A stretch of 63,873 nt of DNA, filler included, from Conidiobolus incongruus B7586 (lineage: Eukaryota): the NCBI GenBank assembly GCA_000697335.1. It is 24 parts of 24 records of this genome, joined end to end, with 100 filler letters (N's around TTAATTAATTAA, not from the genome) between each part and the next. Parts side by side here need not be neighbours in the genome. Positions count along the whole stretch, not along the records: positions 52,856 to 59,308 come from JNEM01005658.1; positions 59,409 to 62,640 come from JNEM01005661.1; positions 62,741 to 63,873 come from JNEM01005686.1; 21 more parts are not named here. One strand, 5' to 3'. The position numbers were made by a program, and so were the translations under genes. Positions 53,305 through 63,873 of this stretch are shown piece by piece (position 1 is the first letter of the stretch; each line of letters starts with the position of its first letter). The notes below the pieces were generated by a model. The model did not search any database, was not told the origin of the DNA, and worked only from the letters and a program-made list of their open reading frames with translations.

Positions 53305-56300
53305 TATTGTAATATACTTGTATTTACCTAACAACTATATAAGCTTAATTATAAAACCTCAATAATAGAGGAACTTTTATCTTCTAACTATTAGATTAAT
53401 AAGCCCCTTTTCTTCTAGATTAATATAAATATCTTATCCACTTAAAATATTAACTGCAAGTGAAATCTCTATATCAATTATCAACAAAACCAATTTATAA
53501 TAAATTTATTATTGCTATTATTAAGAATAGCCTTCCTTGAATAATATGGAAATGATTTTTCACTATATCTATATTTAATATGATTAATAAGTTTAACTTT
53601 AACCTTCTATTACTTTTTTTAAAATTATATATTATACTTTATACTTTTCTATTTATATCAACTTTCTTTTGTAATATCTTAAGATTTTCAATTAGCAATA
53701 ATATTATATTCTTATATTCTTATATAAGATATTAATAGTTATGATGATGCTTCATGTATTTAATATTTTAAGGGAATACTATTCTTAACTTTTTAAACCT
53801 CAGATTAATTTATATTTGTTTAGTTTTAATAGTATATTCTATTTTCTTCTTTTGAAATTAAATATTAAAATATTAACTATATCTTTTATTGCTATTATCT
53901 ACTAGATTGTTATTTATTAATATATATTAACTGTGCTTATGATATTTATTATAGTAGTTATAATAATGAGACTTTTATTTGATTTAATAATGAAGAAAAT
54001 ATTTAATAAAACTTAACCTTAAGTAATTATTAATAAATATGTTAACTTATCTAATCTTACACTTTTTAGCTAGATTATATATAATAGAGTTATATTTGAT
54101 ACTATATTTTTAGGGAATTATAAAAATATTAACTTATATATTTAGAAACTTAACTAATATATTAACCATTATAATTAAAACTATAATAAAGACTCTATTA
54201 AAATAAACTTAATAAAGAATTTATTATAAGAAGAAGTTTATACTTAGATTAAAATTATACTAAAAAGAAAACTTGCTCTATTTAACAACTTTATAGAATT
54301 TAAGAGAAGATTCTATATATTTTTTAGATTTAAGAACTCTTTAGATAAAGCTAATATTTAAATAAAAAAATATACTTAAAGAATTAAAGAACTTATAAAC
54401 AAGTATACTATTAAATATATAATTTTGTTAAAAAAATCCATATTATCCTTTTAAATTTAAAATATATATTTTATCAATAATTTACTTTTTTACTAGAGAT
54501 AAAAACTTAGTAGAATATTAACTAATAATTTACTTTAAAAAACTATAGAAAAATAATTAAATTAGAACAACAAAATTTATCAAGTAATTATTAGTTAAAA
54601 CCCTATTTACACTTAGCTAATCAAAATATAAAATCTAATAACTATATCCTTTTATAATAAATAATTGATTATAGAATATCTTTGAACTTATAATTAATAT
54701 ATGTTAAACCTAGACATTAGAAAGCAAACTATAGATTTAACTTAAATAATTAAAAAATTCAATAAGTTTCTAAAATAACTATTACTAATATAAAACAAAT
54801 AAAACTAAACTTATTAGAGTTAAATAATGATAAACTACTAGCTACTATCCTAAACTAAACTTTTATCCCTACTTTACACTTATTTATTAAAAATAAAGTA
54901 GGAGAAATTAAACTACATTATATAATTAATATTAATAATTTGAAATATTATATGTTAAAAGAATTAATAAGAAAGTATAAGTTTAAATATAACTTAAATA
55001 ATAAACCTTATAGAGTTATCACTGTTGATGATAGAATAGTAAATAATAAAAACCTAATCACATACTTTATTATGATATCTGTAGAAGATATTAATATTAC
55101 AATATAATTTCACTCGATTAATTTATTTATATTAGTAATTTTAAGAATATAGTTTCTTAACAAACTATCCCCATGTATTAATTTTACAACTAAATAAATT
55201 TTAATCACTAAACCCTTAATACCTTTTATTAAAACCCCTTTCTTTAAGATGAAACTAAACAAATTGTACTTTATATTTAAAAATAGTAAATTAAATATTC
55301 TACTAAATTATCAGCAATTTAAAAGGGTTTTTTCTAAAGAGTTTATTAGTAAACTTTTAAAAAACTTTAATATAAACTATATTATTAATTTAACTAATAA
55401 ATAATTACTAAGAAACTCAACTGTATACTTAATAACTAAAGAACAAAATAATTATTTAAAAGAGTATTTAAAAGAATTTTTAAAAAAAGATTTGATTTAT
55501 TATTTTTTATCTTTTATTAATGTTTCTATATTATTTATTAGAAAAAAAAAGTTACTTGGAGAATTTGCTATGATTATCAAAAGTTAAATAGCTTAACTAT
55601 TAAAGATAATTTTCTATTACTATTAATTATTAAACTTCTTAACTAAATGAAGCATGCAAAAATATATATAAGATTAAATTTATATAATACTTATCACTTA
55701 ATCTAAATTAAAACTAGGGTTAAATAGAAAACAACTATTAAATATTAATTTAATTTGTTTAAATGGTTTATCATATCTTTTAGTTTAATTAACACACTTG
55801 CTATGTTTTAATAATATGTTATAAAGGTTCTATATCTATTCTTTAACCTATTTGTTATAATCTATTTAGATAATATATTAATTTATAGTTAAAATTAAGA
55901 AGAACATATTTACCATATTTAATAAATATTAAGAAATTTAAAAGACAATAATCTATATATTAAATTAGAGAAAAATAAATTTTATACTAAGTTAACTACT
56001 TTTTTAAGATATTATATCACTTTAAAAGGAATTTTTATTAATGCTAATCAAGTTAAAAACATTATAAATTAGAAGATTCCTAGTAATAAAAAAGAGGTAT
56101 AGAGTTTCCTTAATATAGCAAATTTCTCAAAGATGTTTATCTTTAACTTTAGTAACATTATATTTCTTTTAATTAAACTTACCAAAAAAATCAATTATTT
56201 GAATAGAACCCAAACACCTAATTTACTTTTGAATAACTTATTTACTTATTAACTAATACTCCTATATTATATTGTCCTAACAATAATCTACTATATAAAT

Positions 56301-58702
56301 TATACACTAATATCTTAAACTTTACTATAAATGTAGTATTAAAATAAGAATAATGTTTTATTAGATATTTCTCATAAAAATTCATTCTAGTTGAAATTAA
56401 TTATAAGATATATAATAAAGAATTATTAAGTATTATAAAAGCTCTAGAGTATTTTTAAGTTTGATATTATTTTCCCTATATATTATAACAATATACTCTA
56501 ATTATAGAAACCTTAAATACTTTATATTAATTAAACTATTAAATTTTAAACAAATCTGTTAAAGCTTAACTCTTTAATAATATAACTTTAAAATCAAATA
56601 TATAGCTAGTTTAAAGAATTTAATTGTTAATAAACTTAGTTGTAATCCTTTATATAAAATCACTTCTAATAAACTATTTCAAATTAATTAAAAAACTCTA
56701 TTAACCCTTAATCATCTTTATATTTTATTTGAATTATCACACCCTAATAAAAGAATTGTCAAAAATATTCAAAAATCCATAAAAAATAATAAAACTATAA
56801 AAAATATGTTGAAATTAATCTTATATTATAAAACAAGCAAATATACAGAATCTAATGGGTTGATTTATTACAATAACTTAATTATAGTTTTTAGTACAAA
56901 AAACAAGCATTTTATCTTAAAACAATATTATAACAATATTATTATAGATTATAGTAAAATCAACAAAACCTTAAAAATCATTACTAGATAGTTTATTTAG
57001 CTTAAATTAAAATAATTAGTTACTAAATACATTAACAAATATTAATTATATTTTATTAATAAATCTAATAATTAAACTCCAAATGGTTTCTTACAGCCTT
57101 TACTTATATCTTATACTCTACTTACATTAATATCTATAGATTTTATTATGCCTCTACTTGATTTAAAAGGGTTTAATAATATCTTAGTGATTATAGATTA
57201 CCTAACCAAAATTACTTAGTTTATATTATATAGAAACAATATAAATATTTTTAAATATGCTAAGTTATTTATAAATAACTATTTTAAAAGATTTAAGACC
57301 TTTTACAATATTATAAGTAATTGTGATAAAATATTTACATCTTATTATTAATAAGATTTCACTAAAAATATTAAAACACAACTTTAAACGTTTTTAAGAT
57401 ATTATTTTTAAATTAATAACTAAACTAAACAAACTAACCAAATCTTAAAATAATATCTTAAATACTATATAACTTATAAACAAAAAAACTAAATAAATTT
57501 ACTTCCTTTAGTAGAATTTGCTTATAATAACTCTTATCACAGATCAATTAAAATAAACCCTTTTAAAGCTTTGGGAAGTTATAACCTATCCTTTATAACT
57601 AATAAAGTGAATACTAAATTTCCTAAATTAAAAAAACATATCTAATTAATAATTGCTTTATATAACAAACTAATTAAAACCTTATAATAAGTATAAAAAG
57701 ATTATAAGATAATATATAACAAAAAATCAACAAAAAATAAAGATATTAACCTTACTAAAGAATTAGTATTTATTAGTACTAGAATCTTAAGATTAATAAG
57801 ACCCTTTAAAAAACTCAATATTAAATTTATTAAACTTTTTTTAGTTACAAAAAGAATTAATGATGTTAATTATTAAATTAAATTACCCAAACAATTTAGA
57901 ATTTATAATATCTTCTACCTATCATAACTAAAAGTTATATTAAAGGATTTTGGTTTTAAATAACAAACTTTACCTGGTTAAATTAAGAATACAAAAGACT
58001 AATATAAAATTGATGAGATATTTAATAGATATATTACTTGTGATAAAAAACATTATTTAGTTTATTGGAAAAGATATCCTATAATAGAATAATAATAGAT
58101 TAAAGCTAAAAACATTAATGTTTTTAAATTAATCAGTAAATTCTTTAAGAAACTTAAGAACTTAATTTAAGGGGGAGAGATATTACAATATACTTATATT
58201 TACCTAATAACTATACAGGCCTAATTATAAAACCCTAATAATAAAGGAACTTTTATCTTCCAACTATTAAATCAATAAGCTTTTTTTCTTCTAGGTTAAT
58301 ATAAATATCTTATCCATTTAAAGTATTAACTATAAGTGGAATATCTATATCAATTATCAGCAAAACCAATTTATAATAAATTTATTATTATTATTATTAA
58401 GAATAACTTTCATTGAATAATATATAAATGGTTCTTCATTACATCTATATCTAATGCAACTAATAAGTTTAACCCTAACCTTTTATTATTTCCTCTAAGA
58501 TTATATATTATGTTTTATATTTTTCTATTTATATCAACTTTCTTTTATAATATCCTAGGATTTTCAATTGGCAATAATATTAGATTTTTATATATAATAT
58601 TAATAGTTGTGATAATGCTTTATGTATTTAATACCTTAAGGGAATATTATTCCTAGCTCCCTAAACCTCAGATTAATTTATATTTGTTTAGTCTTGATAA
58701 TA
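53305..58702 (+). mobile_element. Full-length Ty3/Gypsy chromovirus LTR retrotransposon, inactivated
   Basis: LTRs at 53305-53834 and 58181-58702, with PPT aagggggagaga at 58169-58180. Domains in Gypsy order: protease IININ (from IIDTG, ~54925); RT RICYDYQKLN and YLDNILIYS (55863); RNase H NYKIYNKELLSI; integrase GFLQPL...ISIDFI...ILVIIDYLTK and LLPLVEFAYNNS; chromodomain YKIDEI...YLVYWKRYP (58000-58140). Confidence 0.93.
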
Positions 58703-59695
58703 AATTTATAGCTTTATTTTACTTACCAGGAAAATAGTTAATTAAGAATAAATACTTTTGGATAGTTTTTATCAATTTAATTTATCTTTTAAATAAGTGT
58801 TTTTATGAATTTAAATAAATTAATAATTTATTTTAACTTGAGAATAAAACCTTTTAATAAAACAATTCAAAGCTAAACTTTTTTATAATTTCTACTAATA
58901 TAAATATTTTTTACTTATAGAAAAGATAGTTTTGTTTGGTAGGTATTAATCTTTTAAATTATAATATTAAAAACTTTAAATTTAAATATTTAAAGATTTC
59001 TTAATATATGGTTATCTTTTTTAAAATTTTATAATAATATATTTCTTAAAACCTTTAATAATTTTGCTTTATATTACTTAACTATTTATAATATAGTTAA
59101 ATATATTTATAAATAACATTATTATTAATTTAGAGCTAAATATAACAAATATTAGAGTTATAGTAATTTTATAGATTATAATATAAAAAAAGAAAGTTTT
59201 ATGAAGGGTTTAATTAAATAATTTATCTTTTTTTAATAAATTAAACATATCTTTAATAAGTTCAATAAATATAAAAATATAGTATTTAAAATATATAATT
59301 AATCTTAANNNNNNNNNNNNNNNNNNNNNNNNNNNNNNNNNNNNNNNNNNNNTTAATTAATTAANNNNNNNNNNNNNNNNNNNNNNNNNNNNNNNNNNNN
59401 NNNNNNNNAAAATTTAATTAAAATCAGAATTATATATAAATCAATTTTCTTATTTTACTGAAATTTATATAATTATATTAATTATTATTTTAAATAAATT
59501 TTTTATTTTTCAAATATTAAAATAAATAATAAAATATCATTATGAATATTTTTTAAATCAAAGACTCTATTATTTTAATAAAATTAGATTAAATATAACC
59601 AATATAATTTAATAAAATATTATTTAAAATTAAACCTTGAGTTTATTTTTAAATTAAAATATCAATATAAATTTATCAATATATTATTAAATTGA

Positions 59696-60875
59696 TATTA
59701 CTTTATAATTTAAATAATGGGAATTTTTTTGCAATTGAAAAAAATAAATATTTAATATATAAAAAGTAAAAATAAGTATATAATATAAAATTAAAAATTT
59801 CCTTTATTTTCAATAACTTTTTGCTATATTTTTAGCAAAGATCTAGTATTTAAAAAACAATTCTTTTTATTAAAAACTGAAATTTGATATTTTACAAACC
59901 AATTAAATTTTCCTATAAAAATTATTTTCCTATAAGCTGGTTTTTTTAATTACCCAAAACAATTATAATCACATGGGTTATAATCTAAGGAATATATTGT
60001 ATATGATAGATCTTTCCAGTTGTTTTTAATTAGAAAGTTTTTTGCAACTTTAGATTTATGTATTTTGCAATTATTATACAAAACAATAGGGTTTCATAAA
60101 TTATATTAAGAAAACTAATTAGAAATAATTTTATTTAAAAAAGATATAAAGTTTACTTTTAATTGATTTTCCTTTAAGAACTAAATAAGAATAGTATATA
60201 CTATTATAATCCATTATAACAATTAACATTTATTTATCAATAAAGTGCTTTTTAAAGAAATTAGTAAACAGGGTTGATTTTGCTTAATCCAACACTTTGA
60301 TTTATGTTTTGATAAAGGATTATATAAAAGAATTAATGATTCATCAATTGTAATAATTTGCTGTAAAAGCCTTGGTTTCTAGCTATACCTTAGTAAGTTT
60401 TGTTTAATAATAGCTATTCTAGCTTTTTTTTAAATTTTAGTTAAATTATAAGGTAACTATTTGAAATTTTTATTAATTAATTTTAATTTAAATTTTAATA
60501 TATATAAAATACTTATATAACTAATATCAAGATATTTTGATAATATTTTAGATAAAATAAAAGGTTGCTTTTCAATATAATAATTTATTTTATTGATAAT
60601 TAAAAAAATAACCGTTTAAATTAGTTTTCTAGATTTTGGCAAGTTTTGGGTAGTTACTCTCTTAGCTTTAAAATAATTTACCTAATAATAAATTATTAAT
60701 TTGAATAAAATTTTATTACCAAAAGTTGCTTATAAATTTTTAATGATTTTAAAGGGTTTGTGGTTAAGTTTTATTGATACTAAACTAAAAAACTTTTGAT
60801 AGTTATTATTTGATTTAAGTAGATTAAATTAAACAAACAATTTAAATAAATAAATCTTTTAATATAAAAAATGAT

Positions 60876-60907
<32 letters not shown>

Positions 60908-61024
60908 ATTCAAAATTATTTATTTTCCTATTAGTTTTGTATATATTTTTTTATTTGAAATTAATAATATATTTGAAAAACCAGAAATTAAAAAATTTCC
61001 TATTTTTTCAATTCCATGGTAATA
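59696..61024 (-). mobile_element. Full-length mariner (DD34D) element
   Basis: TIRs tattactttataatttaaataatgggaattttt / aaaaatttcctattttttcaattccatggtaata with TA ends. Retains YSLDYNPCDYNCFG and TIDES. Confidence 0.9.
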
Positions 61025-62746
61025 TTTAGAATTAAATAAATTATAATAATTAATATTATAATAAATATGTTTATAATCAATTATTTAAGTAATATTAATT
61101 TTACTTAGTATATATAATATATTTAATCATAAAAATTATCATCATAAAACATATAATTTTAAGACTATTTTATTATAAAAATAATTCTAATATATTATAT
61201 AGAATAAGTTTATTATTTATTATAATAATCAATATATAATTAAAAGATAACTATAATTATTCTTAACTATTTTGAAATATAATTTTATTTAATTATCAAA
61301 GAAATATCATTAATCTAATTAAAATGAAAATATTAAAAAAATTTAATCCTAATAAATTGCTTGAAAATATTTAAAATTAATAATAAGAATAAAATAATTT
61401 TAAATATATTAACCTAGAAAATATCTCAATTATATTTTATATTAAAAAAATAAACTATGGAGTAAAATATTTTAAAATAACTGAATTATTTTTTTAATTG
61501 AATTTATAATTAATTTCATAATATATTTTATTAAACAAATTAATGAATATTTCTTAATAATATTAAATTAATAAAGAATTAATATAAATTGAATATATAT
61601 AAAAATAATATATTTTTAATTTTTTGAGTAATAAATAATTAAAATAAATAATACATAAATTATTATATAAATAAAATATTAAATTCTTTGATCAATTCAG
61701 ATCGTATTTTATGTTTTATAATTATTTTTTGATTTTCAATGTAATATTATCAAAATTAAAGTTATTAAATATTATTATATATAATTAATTTAGATTAGTA
61801 TTTATTAATATCTTTTTATAAATATCTATATTTATTTTTCTAAATTCAAATCGAATGATAATTCTATGCACAATAATTAATTTTCATTTTTTCATTTTAT
61901 TTTAATATATAAAATATCAGGTTTATTATTATAAATGAAAATAAAATTAGTTTTAATTTCTTTTAACTTAATAATACAAGGTATAAGAGTTAAAAAAATT
62001 ATTCTAAACTAAGATATTATAAATTTAAATATAATTTAAATTATATGACAAAACTTTATTATTAATGTTATATATTAAGTATTCGATATAAATCTATTAA
62101 TCTTGTTAGTTTATATATTTCTTAAGAGACTACTCCTTAAAGTTCTATATAATGTATTAAACTCTAAAAAAATCAAGTAATTTATAAATTTAAAGTAATC
62201 TAGGTTTAATAAATAATATTAATATAACTAATAAATCTATTTCTTTTTTCTTTCAATTTTTCATATTTCTAGTTTTATTTATTGATCCAAAGATTACGAC
62301 TATATATATCGATATTATAATGATATTATCCAATATAAAGTTTAATATATTAGTTTTTGACTTTTTTGTTAACAGAATTTAAGTTAATTTTATTTATTCA
62401 TATATTAACTTACCATAATATCATTATATAAAATCTTTTGCTATATTATATTAATTTTACTACCATTATACTTAAAATATTAAATTATTTGTTTATATTA
62501 CAGGTTCCTATTATATTATAATAAATTAAATAATTATATTTTTAATTAATATTCAAATATAATATAAATATGTTTTTTAATATTTATATATATTTATTAT
62601 TAATATTATTATTATATTAATATTTTATTTAAAATTAATTNNNNNNNNNNNNNNNNNNNNNNNNNNNNNNNNNNNNNNNNNNNNTTAATTAATTAANNNN
62701 NNNNNNNNNNNNNNNNNNNNNNNNNNNNNNNNNNNNNNNNATAATG

Positions 62747-63144
62747 TATTAAAACATTAGTTCTTTAAGTTTTTATATATAATTCTATATAGTTCTATTA
62801 ATTATATTTAATATAAATAATTTATACTTTTATAGCTAAACTAATTATATAAATAATATTAAATTATCTAATATACAAAGCTTTTTTTTTTCTCAATTCT
62901 TATTATTCTTTATTTTTTATTTTATTCCTAAGATTAAAACTACATTTTATCACTATTTTAATAAATTGACACTACCTAATATAAATCTTAATATATCAGT
63001 GACTCATCTCAATTTGAAGCTTAATTAAACTTTGTTTACATTTGCACACTATATCATATATTATCTTGCCATGTTTTATATCACACTATTTTTATATTAA
63101 GTCTTCTTTTATATTATATTAGTTTAACTATCATTATATTTATA
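62747..63144 (+). mobile_element. Solo LTR, family C
   Basis: Family core (cagtgactcatctcaatttgaagcttaattaaac), 398 bp, flanked by taatg/taata. Confidence 0.8.
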
Positions 63145-63398
63145 TAATATTTATTAAATATAATTTTTTTTATTTTTTATTTGGAATTTTTTTATATTCA
63201 ATATTTTCTATATTTATTATTATAAAAGTAAATAATAAATACTTTAAGTTAATAATAAAAATATTAATAAATATTATAAGAAAATTAATATTAAATATGA
63301 TATTGATATTATTTTATTAACTATAACTTTTTGGTTTTTTTAATAAAGTTTAAATATATAAATAATAGTTTTAATATTAAATATTAAAATTTGAAATT

Positions 63399-63789
63399 TA
63401 TAAGTATAATAATAAAAAGTAACTAATATAATATAAAGGAAAACTTGAAATAAAAATAATATGGCATAAAACATGGTAATATAATATAAAATAGTAAACA
63501 AAGCTTAATTAAGCTTTAAACTGGGATAAGTTACTAATATATTAAGATTTATATTAGGTAGTGTTAATATACTATAAAATCAACAAAATATAATTTAAAT
63601 TTTAGAAATAATATAAAAAATAAGAAATAATAAAAATTGAGAGAAAAAAGAGGAACCAAGTTTATTAAATAATTCAACACTATTTATATAATTAATTTAG
63701 ATATAAAAGTATAAATTAATTATATAATTTATAATTAATTGAATTATAAAGAAATATATATAAAAATTAAGAGAATTAGTTTTTTAATA
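63399..63789 (-). mobile_element. Solo LTR, family C, inverted relative to the preceding copy
   Basis: Reverse-complement core (aagcttaattaagctttaaactgggataagttac), flanked by aaatt/aaatt. Confidence 0.8.
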
Positions 63790-63873
63790 AAATTAATGAA
63801 ATTAATTCAATTGATTTATTAAAACTTTTGCTTAAATAATATAGTTTTTAATTATTTATAATTAATATAATTT

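Larger units (their letters stand above)
4156..62740. other. 23 assembly gap linkers of 100 nt (N44-TTAATTAATTAA-N44)
   Basis: Starts at 4156, 5286, 6708, 20005, 21180, 22775, 26311, 28620, 31322, 32637, 34559, 38102, 39566, 41687, 42879, 44030, 45574, 47003, 49419, 51116, 52756, 59309 and 62641. The linker is a six-frame stop spacer, not biological sequence. Confidence 0.97.

Noticed and set aside
30282..56991. ORFs 30282-30518 and 56806-56991 as genes
   Set aside because: They are stop-free remnants within the mariner transposase and the Gypsy pol pseudogenes respectively.
53305..58702. APOBEC-like editing during reverse transcription as the cause of hypermutation
   Set aside because: Both C>T and G>A occur on the same strand, the two LTRs mutated independently after insertion, and DNA transposons are equally affected.
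4156..62740. Recurrent TTAATTAATTAA as a CRISPR-like or biological repeat
   Set aside because: It is always centred in exactly 44+44 Ns and is a six-frame stop linker added during scaffolding.

Overview
Extremely AT-rich eukaryotic (fungal) scaffold segment, broken by 23 artificial 100-nt gap linkers (N44-TTAATTAATTAA-N44). Three host genes are supportable: a 5-exon IWR1-like RNA polymerase II import factor (1183-2675, +), a single-exon Msn2/Msn4/Seb1-type C2H2 transcription factor (7863-9050, -) and a small CsbD/Hmp1-like stress protein (24479-24775, -). Much of the rest, especially after 20 kb, is a nested graveyard of dead transposons. It holds at least 7 copies or fragments of a Tc1 (DD34E) element with long TIRs, about 9 of a mariner (DD34D) element, a full-length Ty3/Gypsy chromovirus (53305-58702), a second Gypsy pol fragment and at least 7 copies of a ~400-bp solo LTR. 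The main signal is that every identifiable repeat, DNA transposon and retroelement alike, is destroyed almost only by C>T/G>A transitions, in all dinucleotide contexts and with CpG nearly eliminated. Reading frames stay largely collinear, and neighbouring single-copy DNA keeps its CpGs. This looks like a RIP-like, repeat-targeted hypermutation system without the CpA restriction of Neurospora RIP. The host may be an early-diverging fungus (inferred only; taxonomy needs checking).
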